From: Felis catus
Lineage: Eukaryota
Length of the DNA stretch: 64,000 nt
NCBI RefSeq assembly: GCF_018350175.1
Contig: NC_058380.1
Location: forward strand, 91,698,001 to 91,762,000
Direction: 5' to 3'
Made by a program: the position numbers and the translations under genes. Below, in pieces: positions 50,801 through 63,519 of the stretch. The first letter of the stretch is position 1, and each line of letters starts with the position of its first letter. The notes under the pieces were generated by a model. It ran no database searches. It was not told where the DNA came from and was given only the letters and a program-made list of their open reading frames with translations.

Positions 50801-53800
50801 CCAGCATCCCAGGGACAAGATGTCACGAGTCCTGCCGCGATGTGCCCAGAAGGGCAGTCGCCTCTGCGGGCTTCTCCCTGAAAGCCCAGAGCCTCGACCC
50901 TGAACGGGGCTCATGGCGCTCGCACAGCCCAGAGCAGGCTCAGGACGACATGGGAGGTGGGGCCGGGCCTGAGCGGGACACCTCGGGGGGCAGCGTGTGG
51001 CAGTCGGCGGACCCTCGCTGCTTGTGGTTTGGAGAGAGGTACCGAAGAAGCTGAGCGGGCGGTGTGAGAGCCCTCTGCACCGTCCCTGTCCCTTCTGTGT
51101 GAACCTGACATTGCTCCAGAGTAAAACGTTTATTAAGAAAACAGGGGGACATCTGGGTGCCTCAGTTGGTTGAGTGTCCCTCTCTCTTTTATTTACTTAT
51201 TTTTAATTTTTAAAAAAATGTTGTTTTACTTTTGAAAGGGAGACAGAGAGATAACCAGAAGCAGGCCCCAGGCTCTGAACTGTCCGCACAGAGTCCGACG
51301 CGGGGCTTGAACTCACGAACCGCGAGATCATGACCTGAGCTGAAGTTGGACACCTAACCGACTGAGCCCCCCCAGGGGCCCCAAGGGTCTGACTCTTGAT
51401 TTCAGCTCAGGTAATGATCCCAGGGTCGTAGATCAAGCTCCATGAGGCTCTGTGCTCAGTGTGGAGCCTGCTTGGGATTCTCTCTCCCTCTCCACNNNNN
51501 NNNNNNNNNNNNNNNNNNNNNNNNNNNNNNNNNNNNNNNNNNNNNNNNNNNNNNNNNNNNNNNNNNNNNNNNNNNNNNNNNNNNNNNNNNNNNNNNNNNN
51601 NNNNNNNNNNNNNNNNNNNNNNNNNNNNNNNNNNNNNNNNNNNNNNNNNNNNNNNNNNNNNNNNNNNNNNNNNNNNNNNNNNNNNNNNNNNNNNNNNNNN
51701 NNNNNNNNNNNNNNNNNNNNNNNNNNNNNNNNNNNNNNNANNNNNNNNNNNNNNNNNNNNNNNNNNNNNNNNNNNNNNNNNNNNNNNNNNNNNNNNNNNN
51801 NNNNNNNNNNNNNNNNNNNNNNNNNNNNNNNNNNNNNNNNNNNNNNNNNNNNNNNNNNNNNNNNNNNNNNNNNNNNNNNNNNNNNNNNNNNNNNNNNNNN
51901 NNNNNNNNNNNNNNNNNNNNNNNNNNNNNNNNNNNNNNNNNNNNNNNNNNNNNNNNNNNNNNNNNNNNNNNNNNNNNNNNNNNNNNNNNNNNNNNNNNNN
52001 NNNNNNNNNNNNNNNNNNNNNNNNNNNNNNNNNNNNNNNNNNNNNNNNNNNNNNNNNNNNNNNNNNNNNNNNNNNNNNNNNNNNNNNNNNNNNNNNNNNN
52101 NNNNNNNNNNNNNNNNNNNNNNNNNNNNNNNNNNNNNNNNNNNNNNNNNNNNNNNNNNNNNNNNNNNNNNNNNNNNNNNNNNNNNNNNNNNNNNNNNNNN
52201 NNNNNNNNNNNNNNNNNNNNNNNNNNNNNNNNNNNNNNNTACCTGGACTCAGCAGGCCGCATACCAGGCACTGTGCCTGCACAGCGTGTGTGGGGGTGAG
52301 ACATGGCGGGGCTCTCCCCGCAGCTACGCACCAGCGGGGGCCACCCCTGCCACGAGGCGGGGGTCAGAGGAGCTGGGGAGCAGAGCCCTCCTGTGGGCCT
52401 TTGGGGGCAGGCTGTGCCCACACGGGGAAGAGGCACCCGAGCAGGCCTGGCGAAGGCCATGGCAGGGGTCAGGGTGGGTCCAGGGGGAGAGGGGCTGGGG
52501 CACCCGCCGGCCCACACGTCTAGTTCCTGGCTTGTTGGCCAGAGACGGCCTGACACATCTTAAGGATCCCTGAATTCTCCTGCAGCCACATCTGTGAAAA
52601 TTCTAGAAAGGCCTGGGTCTCAGGCTAGCAGCAGAGCAGAGGAAGGGGACGGAGGGGGACGGAGGGGGACGGAGGGGGAGGGAGCAGGCGTCACGGGGCC
52701 GCCGGCACTGGCACAGTGAGCCCTCACGGCAGCCGCATTCCAGGCAGACGGCTCTGGCTCTGCTCGGGAGGGTGGCCCTGCCCCCGCACTGGGACGGCAC
52801 CTGTGGGCAGCAGCGCTGCCGCTCTGCCCCGGGGATGGGCTCACCTGGAGCTGCAGGAACGGGATGTTGAAGAATTTGTGAAGGTATTTCAGGCCAAAGC
52901 TGTTTTTCATGGAGGACTCGGCGTAGCGGAAGTAGGAGGAGCCCGGGGGCCTGTGTGCAGGAGGAACAGAAGGTTCTAGAGGCTTGGAGGGGGGGGCGTT
53001 CAGCCCCTCTGGAACGCGGACCACACCCGGGCCAGCCAGCCCTCCACGCCCCCGAGGGGGGCCTCACTGCATCACCCCGACACCCAGCCCCGACCCGGCC
53101 TGCCTGGTGCCAGGAAGCCACTCTGCCCTCTGCAGACCCTCTGCCAGTCACTCTCTGACCCTCGCTGCCCGCAGCAGGGCCCCTGCTGGAGCAGGGGGGA
53201 GGAGTCTGAGCCCCTTGGGATGCGGCTGGGCCTCGAGTCCGAGGAGCAGGAGGGAGGGCAGGAGGGCATCCCAGGTGCCAGGTCTCCCGGCCACCCACCC
53301 ACCTGTCCAGGTTGTCGATGAAGTCACGCACGTCGTCGGGCAGGACGACTCGGTGCTCGCCCATGTCGCGGTAGTTCCCCAGCACGCACACCGGCACGTG
53401 GGCCGGCACCTTGGGAAGCTCCCGGAGAATGTAGTTGAAGGTCCTGAGGGGGTACAGGTGAGGAGAGACGTCCTCAGGGTCAGCTGTGACACCCCCACCA
53501 GCCACTTCACCCGGAGCGCACGGAGCCGGGAGGGCCGAGCCCTCGGTTCCGCTGGTTCCCGCCTCTCTCGACCTCCTTTCCTGGAAGTCCCTTGGGTGAG
53601 GTGTCTCTGCACCCCCCGTGGGGCACGGCTGCCCCGTGGGGCCAACACGTGGTGCGAAGCGCCTCCCGACCCAGAGACCGCCACCGGGCACGATGCGGAC
53701 ACGCACGCCCGTGCTGACAGACTGGACTTCATTTTCCCGGGAGGCACAGTAACTGAAACTGTTATCAAAGGACCAAAGGGTCCGCCTCCCGCCCTGGGGC

Positions 53801-56800
53801 CCGTCTCCAGCATTCTGTCCGAGGCCACGGGGCCCAGCGACTCGGGCCTGGCTCCGGCCCACGCGGTCCACGGAAAATGCCGCCGCCCCACGAGGGCTCA
53901 GAGGAGCCATTCTCGTTCGCCGTGGGAAGGCTCCAGACAGAGTGGCACCGCCGGCAGGGTTGCCGCGGCTGCTCCCGTCCGTCTGGGCTGACCTGCCCCT
54001 GCCGTCCCTGCCCCAGGCCCGCGGGCGGGCTCCTGCTGCCCCTCACACACAGCACCTCCCCCCTCCCCCCTCGCTCCCGCCAGTGGTCCTTCCTGGCCTT
54101 GGGCAAAGGCCGCGGGGAGCTTCGGGGATGCCGAGGGCCTACCCAGAGCTGCGCCCTCGCAGATTCTAGGCGGGGAAACCACCTCTAGGTGCCTTGGCGG
54201 CAGGGACCACTGCAGCTCATTCGGGAGACACGCCGGCCTTCCCTGGCGCCGACCCCGGGAGAGCAGGGTGGCCGCCTCTCGCACAGGCACGTCTGTCCGT
54301 GGGGGCCACCGTCCTGCTCTGCACGCTTCCGAGGTGCGCCCTGCTGCCACCCAGGGGCCTCCCGCGCACGTGCTAGTGATGGGTCCCCGGCGGGAGGGAC
54401 CGCATCCCTGCGGGCCGGGAGGGACCGCATCCCTGCGGGCCGGGAGGGCTGACGGGAGGCCCCGTCAGATCCCTTGGGCCTGAACCCTCCAGGTTCCCGA
54501 GAGTGAAAGCTTGACCTGCGCAAGGCCGGCGCCTCCGACCGTGCGCGAACGTGCCCTCAGATAAACACAGCGTCTGCGGATGCGTGTATAAGAGCCTGTG
54601 TCCCGAAGACGGAATCTGTGTGTGCGGCGCCCTGAGGAAAACCTGGCCGGCACCGAGTGACGCCTGGGCCAGCCTCTCACGGCGGGATGACGTATGTGGT
54701 GGTGAGAATTTCAAGGCGGAGCTAGACCCCACAGGCCATTTTCGCCAGCCCCCACCTTGGGCTGATGCAGAGGCGGGACCGGGGAGTCCGCTCGTGTCGC
54801 CCGCGTGGCCCGCTCCCACGCTCCTCCCCGCAGCCTGCTCTGTAGCGTTTCGCTGGGATTCTCGCTACGCGCCCCCTCGTGATCAAAGGATGTGGGGCGT
54901 GTCCTCGGGGAGCCCCAAACGAGCGGTCGCTCGATCCCGCCAGACGCCGCGTGGTCCTCTCAGGGAAGGCCGTGGGCTGTGGGAGGTGCGCCTCCCCCGG
55001 GGCCGTGCCCCCCACCCGGCCCGCCCGCCACACAGAGACGTCCAGAGACGGCTGGGCCTCCGCTTCCCGGCGGCTGAACTGCTGGAGCGCACGACGCCCA
55101 CGGACAGGCTCCCGTGGTCTGGTACCAGCCGCGATGCCGGCGTAACCACCGCCCGCTGGGCCGCAGGGGGAGCCCTCCGGGTGGCGAGGCCCTGGGAGCC
55201 TCGACGGCCGCTGCCGGCCAGTGCCCCCTTACCACTGCTTGGTGATGTCGAACATCATGACCACCCCGTTACAGTTCTTGTACACGTCCAGGAACTCGGC
55301 GTCCAGGGCCATCTCGGACTCCGCCTAGGGACAGGAGACAACTGGGCATAAGAGAGGGTGCTCCGGGCAGAGTCCCAGGGGCGAGAACCCGGTCTCCTCC
55401 TGGAAATGGCTGAATAGGACTTTCACAATCTGAAAAGACAACAGCTATTTTCGTTTTGGGGAAAAAAACACGTAGACGATTATCCAGGGTGGGGGTCAGA
55501 AAACTTTGCGTCAAAAGGTCCAGCAGTGAACAGTTCAGGCCCCGGGGCCACGTCAGCTCTGCCCCTGATCAGGGCCTTCTCCACCGGCCAACAGCATCCC
55601 ACCCACAGGCCTCACAGCCGTCACGCCACACAGAGGGACGAGCGGGCTGGAGCAGCCGGCGCCCCATTGCAAGATGTACATTCCAGAACTGAGGAAGACA
55701 CTTGCAAAGAACCTTCTAGAGTACACAGGGCCGCGGGCTGCACGCACACAGGCTGCGGTGCTGGGGCCAGGGGCAAAGTGTCATGCAAAGGGCCAGACAG
55801 ACCTGGACCAGGTGGTCACTTAACCCTCCTGCCCTAGAGGGGATCAAGGAGGCTGCCTGCCAATCGTGAGACCATCTACGGGCAGGAGGACACAGAGAGC
55901 AGGGCCCTTGGGAACAACGTGAAGGCCTCCCTCGAAGGGAAGGGGTGCCGGTTTGCCTGACTTCTTTGTGTCAAGAGTGGTGGCCACAGCGAGAGCCTAT
56001 TCAGAGCCACACTCGTGCCCACGTGTGCGTGGGGCCACACGGTTTGACCAGTGCACCTCGACAGCCCTCAGCTCAAACTCCCTGCAGGCCAGCAGCTTAG
56101 GCAGGCCCGGCCATCCCAAAATACAGCCGTGGGCGGCGCAGGCTCGCACGAGGAGTGGGGCCGACTGGTGCCACTGGGGTCCCGGGGAGGGTCCCAACCC
56201 CCATCTGAGCGGTGGGCCCCGTGGCCGGACACGGCCTACCCACCTCCTGGGGGTCGTTCTCCACCTTCAGGCCGTCACCTCGCCGCCTGCACTTCCCTGG
56301 TCAGAAGACACACAAGTCACAGAGGGAACTGTGGCTCCAGGGAGGGACGCGGCTCCCCACATCCCACCCTGTGCCCGGCCCCCACCTCCAGCAGGCGCCG
56401 TACTCTACTGAGGAGGAGGCCCGGGGAGCCGCGGCCCCCACAGCGGGCACTGGAGCAAACCCACCAGCGCCAGGGAAGCGGCCGCAACCCTACCGAGACC
56501 TTCTTGGCAGCTGTAGCCGCCGACCTCACCAGGAGAGGCCCTGAGGGGCTCCAAGAGCTTGGCCTAGACTAGAGGGACGTCCGGCAGGGCTCGGGGCCGC
56601 TCAGCAAGATCACCCTAACGCCCCCACCCGGGCTCTGGTTCGAACTCGGGCACTTCCTTCCCGGATCGACAGAGGTCCCAGCCCTGAAAGGGCGCTGCCG
56701 GCTGGCACAGGCTGGCACGGCCCAGCCCGTGAGGTGCTGCACTGGAGGCCAGAGAGGCTCCCCGAGCTGGTGCTGGTGCCGGCCGAGCTGGGCCCGGCCC

Positions 56801-59800
56801 TGAGTGGCCCCAAGGAGCTAAAGCCAACTCCAGCGGGTCCTGAGGAATAAAGAGTTCCACACCATCACCGTTATAGACTGGGCGCGTTCACACCAGCTGC
56901 TGCCTGTCCCCACAGCTTCTTTTTGACCCTCTAACCGCCTTTGGGGCCCATGGGGCGCAGCGGGCGGTCCCTGTCTGACGGCAGCTGGCCACGTTGCGCC
57001 CTCCTGGTGGCCGCTCCCGGGCCACAGGGCCGCATCCCAGCACCACCGACACTCTCGGTGAGCTTCCACTGCCCTGGGGTACGAGGCTGCTCCCAGGTGC
57101 CCTCCCTTCTCGGGGCGCTCCAAGACTCGCCGGGCCTCGCCTCCTTGCCACTCTGCATTTCCCACCAGGCTCTCAAACCCGACGCCCTCTGCTGCTGTGC
57201 ATGCTCACACCCTGTCCCACAAGCAACGGGCTGGGGTGGTGGAGGGGACCAGGCGACACGGAGCTGCAGGGATGCTGAGCACTCACCAGGGGCCCCGCGG
57301 CTTAAGCCTCCTGGCCTGCCTGGAGCTCCCGCTCACCCTCAGGCTGTCCTACAGCAGCCGAGTCGGGCCTGGGAACCTACACCCACCTAAACCCGAAGAC
57401 GATGGTGAGGGGACAGGGGTTGCACTTTCGGCACCAGAACCCAGAGCTCACAGAAGACAGACCGTCCTTTCTTGCTGAGGACACCTGTGGCTACGGCAAG
57501 CCTCCCAGGCCAGGGGTGACACCGTGCTCGGGAGCACAGGGCACACATGGGGCACCGGCACCAGGGAGGAATAGGGGCTCTTGCCCAGAAACACAGAGGA
57601 GAGAAGGAGAGGGCTCCGAAGGGGGAGCATGCCCGCCCCCCTCACCAGGCGCACTGGGGTGTGGTCCTGACAGCTGGAGCACTTCCCTGTGAGAGCACAG
57701 AGACACCACCGCCGTCAGCGACCGTGGGGCAGCAGTCACGTGGGCGCATGCCCCTGGAGGGTAGCAGCTTCAGAAGCCCAGGAGCTGGTCCTCAGCTCCG
57801 GGCCCAGGGCACTACATGAGGGGCACTGCTGCAGGAAGGGCTTCTGGAACAGCCTCGTGCAGGCCTCTGGCTTTGGGGCCCACCCGCTGCCGGTCCGTGT
57901 CTGCCCCACGGCCACGTGCTCTGTCCCAGTGCGTATTTCACATTTAAGCAGCAGTGCATTTAAGCAGCAGAGGCCGAGGTCCCTACAGGTCACTGCTGTG
58001 CGTCCGCCCCGCCACCCTGGATGCAGGAGGGAGCGGCCTCAGATGCAGAAACTCAGGGAAGCAGCACAAGCCCAGACCTCCTACAGCCCCTGGCTGTTCC
58101 TGGGGGCAGACCTTCTGGTCACACACTCCTGTGTCCGCCCTGCGGCTGCGGAGAACCCAGAGGTTCCCGTGACTCACACAAGGACACGCCCAAAGCGTGA
58201 GTGTGGGGGAGGGGGGACATCTGCTCCGCAGAATGGACGAAGCATCAGGAAAATGTACTTGTAATAAAGAGACAGGACTTACCTTTGTCAACTACGTCCC
58301 AGACCTCAACCTTCACGATGTCGTCAGTGGCTACAATGGGGGGATACAAAGATTAGTGCCCGACATGACCGTCGACCTTCTGGGCAGAGGGGCTTTTAGG
58401 GGCTGCCCAGGTGTCCAGGTTTGTTCCCACTCTTCAAGGGTGGGTCCCCCGCCAGGAGACACTGCGCTCCTCCCTCAGCACCTTCTCCAAGAACAGCCCC
58501 CCCTGCCCTGCCCCCCACGGCCTCTGTAAGAGCCACGGCCCCTCCCCCCTCCCTGGACGGCAGGGAGACTCATCGCTCCTTCAGGCTCCTGCTTAAGGCG
58601 CAGTGAGCAATCCTGGCCTGTCTTCAGCTGACATGCCACCCCTTTCCGGCGGGTGTCCCTGGGGCGGGCTTGTCCCTGGCCCGGGTCCACATGGCCAGGT
58701 GCTCTTTGCAGGTGCACCTGGGGAGCAGGCTCTGGGTGCTGGGTCAGGCCTCGGTGGGCCTGATGGTGCTCAGGCCCGACTCTCACCCAGCAACCGGCCT
58801 CAACTTCACTCTCCAGGACGTGGGCCCACTCTAGCTGGCCCCCGGCATCAAGTTTCCACCCAACCCGTGGGTGGAGCTGGTCCAGGACAGGCCCCTGAGG
58901 GGAGGGGGGCCCTCGTGCAGGCCGTTGGGACACCTCTGCCAGGCTTGCTCAGAACTACTGGCCTTTCTGTGCTCTGCCTTTTCCTCACAGGGAAGAGACC
59001 CTCAGACCCTCCTTGGCGGTGCTCCACCTGGGAGGGGTGCGGGGGACCCAGGGGGCCGACCCCGCGAATGGCCAGTCCGGGCCCAGGGCCCAAGCGCAGG
59101 ACGGTGGCTCGCCGCTCCACCCCGGGTTCCGAGGGGAAAAGGGAGAGGTGGGGAGTTGCCACACGCCTGCCCCAGGCTGAGGGGCACGGCCAGCTTCACC
59201 CCCGCTGGGAGGGGGTGCCGTGGGTGGCTGCCCTCAGGCCCCGCCAGCCCCAGCTGATGACTGGGGTGGCGCCGATCCACGCAGCCGTCCTGGGACGTGG
59301 CGGGAAGCGGGAACTTCCACAAAGACCCCGTGTGTTGACAACTACATTTTTTTTTTTTCAATAAAAACGGATGTTTAAAATGGTTCAAAGGACTTTGGTT
59401 TCATGATTTCTGAACCCGCAAAGCCACTGCCCTGCCGCCCACGGGGCCGCCGTACTGTCCCGGGGGCAACAGCGCCTGCAGCTCAGCTGCAACCAGGGGC
59501 CTCGAGGTGCCCCGTGCTCTGTCTGTCACGTGACCTCGACCTTGCAAAGGTGAAGGGGCGGGGCTCAAAGGGACAGAGGGGTCCTTCCTGCTGGTACAGC
59601 ATATGTGGGCGCAGGGCCGGCTGTAACGGGAGCAGCCCCCCCCCCCGGGGCACTCCCTGATGCGTCACATGTGGTAAACCTGGAACTTGAGCCCTCTGGT
59701 GGTCTCTAGGGTCTCAGAACCGAGGGGGTCTTGGCACAGCCCCCCACGAGGCGCCCCCACCACTGCCTCGTCTGTGTCTCTGGAGCAGCTTCCCACGGGA

Positions 59801-60168
59801 GGGGATTTCAGGACAACCCCAGCACGGCTTTAACGGGTGCCCCCACTGCGGCCCTCTGCGTTCAAGGTCTACAGGGTTTCTGTGAGGACAGCACAGCCGG
59901 GGAGGCGTCTCCGAGGGACCGAGGCCTAGGGAGCCTCAATAGAAGCCCCGACCGCACAAAGGGTGCGGTACCTGCCCCCCAGCTCAGGAGGGCGGACCCT
60001 CGACCCGCCCCCCTGCCCCCAGCCTGCCCTCACTTTTGTAGTTCCAGTGGATGCTGGTGACCCGGATCTCCTGCGTGGGGATGTACTCCTCCACGAACTG
60101 CTTGCCCTGCAGCCGGTGCCACAGCGCGGTCTTGCCCGTGTTCCTGTCTCCTCGGATCACAATCTTCA
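44899..60168 (-). CDS. RABL6: Rab-like protein 6 (RBEL1/PARF), coding exons 2-15; 5' partial
   Basis: Exons (-): 60034-60168, 58283-58330, 56244-56296, 55233-55324, 53303-53443, 52845-52950, 50077-50180, 47839-48143, 47476-47626, 46369-46563, 46071-46299, 45595-45766, 45178-45236, 44899-45090. Frame is continuous. [14 protein letters not shown]-loop, [17 protein letters not shown], Pro-rich region, Lys-rich NLS-like tract, ends GGGDYEEL*. Confidence 0.98.
51144..51495. mobile_element. Nested SINEs: antisense CAN-SINE (~51181-51382) inside a sense CAN-SINE, abutting gap 51496-52239
   Basis: Host head gggggacatctgggtgcctcagttggttgagtgtcc resumes at 51383 with aagggtctgactcttgatttcagctcaggt. 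Confidence 0.85.
54391..54448. repeat. 25-bp tandem duplication in RABL6 intron 5
   Basis: cgggagggaccgcatccctgcgggc, about 2.3 copies. Confidence 0.9.
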
Positions 60169-61130
60169 CTGGGGGTGGGGGTGGGGGGGACAGATCGGGT
60201 AAACAAATCAAACCAACGGCAGACTTTAACTTCACCGACAGGAGCCCACTTGCCACCCACGTTCCTTCCACACAGAGCGTGGCCCGCGTGGCTGGCGAGC
60301 AGGGAGGAGCCCAGCGCCGGGGAGCGGAGCGGCCTGGCTGGGAGACCCCCCGCAAGGGGTCGGGCCCCTGCTCGGCCCGTGGACGAGACCACACCGTCCG
60401 TGTCCCGGCAGCCCGGCCCCTCTGCTCTCCCTCCCTGTCCACGACCCTGAAACATTCCCCCCGCCCCCCCCCCCCCCCCCCCCACCGCCCCGTGCTGATG
60501 GAGTCAAACCGGGCTCGGACTTTACACCTGCCGGAGAGCGGTCTCGCCTACAGCCAAATGTCCTGGGGACCCCTAACTCCCAGGGTCAGGGTCAGGCTGC
60601 CGGACGGGTTGGGCGGCAGCTGATGTTCTTAGGAGGCTCCCTAGGTTTTGGTAGTTTGCTCTTAACCCACTTTCTCACAGCCCTGGTATTTTTAGCACAC
60701 GATTTTGTAGAGCGCCAGCACTTTCCAGGCCGCACACGTGGGGTTACGGCAGCAAGCCCGTGTTCTGTGCCGTACCGGGCCAACGTGGATTTACGTGGCG
60801 GCCCGTGTGCCAGGAGTGCGCACGCGGCAGTGAGCGAGCCCGCAGGCAGCGAGTGCGGGGACGCGAGGGGCAGGCGGGGCAGCCGTGGATGAGATGGGCA
60901 GCCTGCGCCAGGACCCCGCGATGCTCCTGGGCCCCGCGCAGGTGCCCGGCGCAGCAGTGTGGACGGCGGATGGTGCTTCACAGCCTGGGGCTGGGTGAGG
61001 CCAGCAGGGGCTTGTCCAGAGCCCTGGCCTGGCCCCACAGCCGCCCGGCTTTTTTCTCCTGCAACCCGCCTGCTCCAAGACCCCTGTTCTCGGACACTCA
61101 CTACTCATCCCACGAAGCGTGGTCACCACG

Positions 61131-61340
61131 TCAGCTCCCCCGCCCCGCCACCCTCCCCAGCTTCCGCCATCAGGACATCAACTCCCCCCCCCGCCCCGCC
61201 ACCCTCCCCAGCTTCCACCATCAGGACATCAACTCCCCCCCCGCCCCACCCCCAGCTTCCGCCATCAGGACATCAACTCCCCCCCCCACCCCCCCAACCC
61301 CCCCCCCCGCCACCCTCCCCAGCTTCCGCCATCAGGACGT
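61131..61340. repeat. C-rich minisatellite (about 4 copies, 45-65 bp) in RABL6 intron 1
   Basis: ccccagcttcc(g/a)ccatcaggac repeated four times with variable C-runs between copies. Confidence 0.92.
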
Positions 61341-62657
61341 GGTAGTTGTTTTCAACTTGAAGCACCTCCAGTCAGACCAGGGGCGTTCCTCTTGCTCCCA
61401 CTTTATCCCATCACCAGATGAGACACAACAAGCCACTGCCCTCAAGGCCGCGGGCAGTCTAGACGCGATTCCAGCCAGAAGCCAAACACCCGGCAGAACC
61501 GGGGAGAGCCACCAGGACGCGTCTGTGCTGTCAGCGCAGCCCTGGGGATGCCCTGGGTCCCTGTCACGAGCCTGAACACCCTGCAGGAAGCGTGTCGCTT
61601 TAGGAGAGCACCCCCCACGTTAAGGACCCACACGAGACACGCGTTCGGTGAGGGTGGGTGGACAGAGGCCACGCGCAGCTCACCCCGAGGGCGGGAGCAC
61701 GAGCGCGGAGCCCCCAGCGCGTCCCGGCGGCGGGCCAGGAGCTGGCTGTCCTTCACTCTCCGGATGTTGCTTTTGATGGCGTCAGACTCTCACTTCATGG
61801 TCGCGCTTTCCCTGGTCTTAGCTTCCCCGGGCAGGCTCCTTTTCAAACCCACTTGGCCTTTTTCTATGCTCTTCGGATTCCGCTTACTTCCCGAAACCCC
61901 TTCCACTTCTTTAAACACACTCTACGTACTGACTTTGTCACCGAGGGGCAGTCGGCACACAACACGTCGTTAGTTTCAGGCGTGCAGTGGACCCGACGCC
62001 GTATACACCACAGAACGCTCCCGCGCTCCGCGTCGCGACCTCACCACTCAGAGCCGTTAGGGTGCTACTGACGTGCACGACCGGATCCCCTGAAGCCCGA
62101 GCCCCGAAGCCGCCAGGGCCTGCTGTCAGCCTGCCCTGCTCCTGCCGCTGTCTGCCGGTTTCCTGATCTTCCACCAGCAGCTCCAGTTTCTTGGAACTTT
62201 ATCCCCGGAGCCTCTCCAAGGTCCGGGCTGGAGCCGCCGTCGGAAGGCACCTGTGGTATTTCTGCCCGTTGTTCGGAACGCTAACAACCTGGGAAGACCT
62301 TAAGTAAACCCTCCGTTTCAGACTTCGGGACCACACTGATGATGCAGAGGCAAACCCTCTCGGAGGTCACCCACTGGGCTTGCACGGATCTGGCTTTGGG
62401 CGGGCTCCCCTGGGAGAGGCCCCTTCTAGAATGGGTTCAGGGTTTTCCCTCCTGCCCCACGGGGACCAGCACCCAGCCAGGGTCAGGCAGGTGCCTCAGG
62501 GAGAAGGCGGCTGCAGAGCCGGCTTCCCTCCCAACATCACCCCCTTTGCTTTTAAGAAATGTGCACTAGACAGCTGCACAACCTTTATCTGAGTTCAGAA
62601 CTGAGTGATGCGTCGACGTTTTCCTAAATGTTTTATTCAAACTTTTAAAATGCTTTT

Positions 62658-62862
62658 TGGGGAGCCTGGGTGGCTCAGTCGGTTGAGCGTCCGATTTCAG
62701 CTCAGGTCATGATCTCGCATTCGTGGGTTCGAGCCCCACCTCGGGCTCTGTGCTGATGGCTCAGAGCCTGGGGCCTGCTTGGGATTCTGTGTCTCCCTGT
62801 CTCTCTGCCCCTCCCCCACTCACACTCTGTCTCTCTCCTTCAAAAATAAACATTAAAAAAAT
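62658..62862 (+). mobile_element. CAN-SINE
   Basis: gggggagcctgggtggctcagtcggttgagcg head; aaaataaacattaaaaaa tail. Confidence 0.95.
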
Positions 62863-62883
62863 ATTTTTTTTTATTAAAAAAAA

Positions 62884-63098
62884 TTTTTTTTTCAACGTTT
62901 ATTTATTTTTGGGACAGAGAGAGACAGAGCATGAACGGGGGAGGGGCAGAGAGAGAGGGAGACACAGAATCGGAAACAGGCTCCAGGCTCTGAGCCATCA
63001 GCCCAGAGCCTGACGCGGGGCTCGAACTCACAGACCGCGAGATCGTGACCTGGCTGAAGTCGGACGCTTAACCAACTGCGCCACCCAGGCGCCCCCCC
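62884..63098 (-). mobile_element. Young felid CAN-SINE (SINEC_Fc-like)
   Basis: Near reverse complement of the 6358 element, ending ctgcgccacccaggcgcccc. Confidence 0.95.
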
Positions 63099-63251
63099 CC
63101 CCCAAATTTTTTTTTTTTAAGTTTTTTAAGGGAAGGGCTGTTCAGCTTACTTAACTTTATCACGCTGCCAGAAACAGAGGTTGGGCGCTATGGTAAAGAA
63201 GGCGTGAGAAGTCCATTTCCTACATATAACAGTGTCCCAACAAAGGGAGAC

Positions 63252-63253
<2 letters not shown>

Positions 63254-63298
<45 letters not shown>
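63254..63298. repeat. (CA)n microsatellite, about 22 units
   Basis: Read directly. Confidence 0.97.
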
Positions 63299-63299
<1 letters not shown>

Positions 63300-63300
<1 letters not shown>

Positions 63301-63424
63301 TTTTAAAGTAGGCTCCATGCCCAGCGCAGAGCCCAACGTGGGGCTTGAACTCATGACCCCGAGATCAAGACCCGAGCTGAGATCAAGAGTCAACGCTTAA
63401 TTGACAGAGCCATCCAGGCACCCT
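63300..63424 (-). mobile_element. Short CAN-SINE
   Basis: taggctccatgccc..gggcttgaactcatgacc..gagccatccaggcaccc. Confidence 0.85.
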
Positions 63425-63519
63425 GGGAAAATTCATTATTTTTATGTTAATTTTTTCCCTTTAGAAGGGCACGCATCTGCCCCTGCTCCACACTTGTATT
63501 TTTTCTTGTGCTGGTGGAA

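Noticed and set aside
51407-52573. 285-373 aa ORFs
   Set aside because: Artefacts of the N gap.
52603-55351. Long ORFs in RABL6 introns 5-7 (435, 335, 266 aa)
   Set aside because: Only the embedded RABL6 exon peptides are recognisable; the rest is GC-rich intron without stops.
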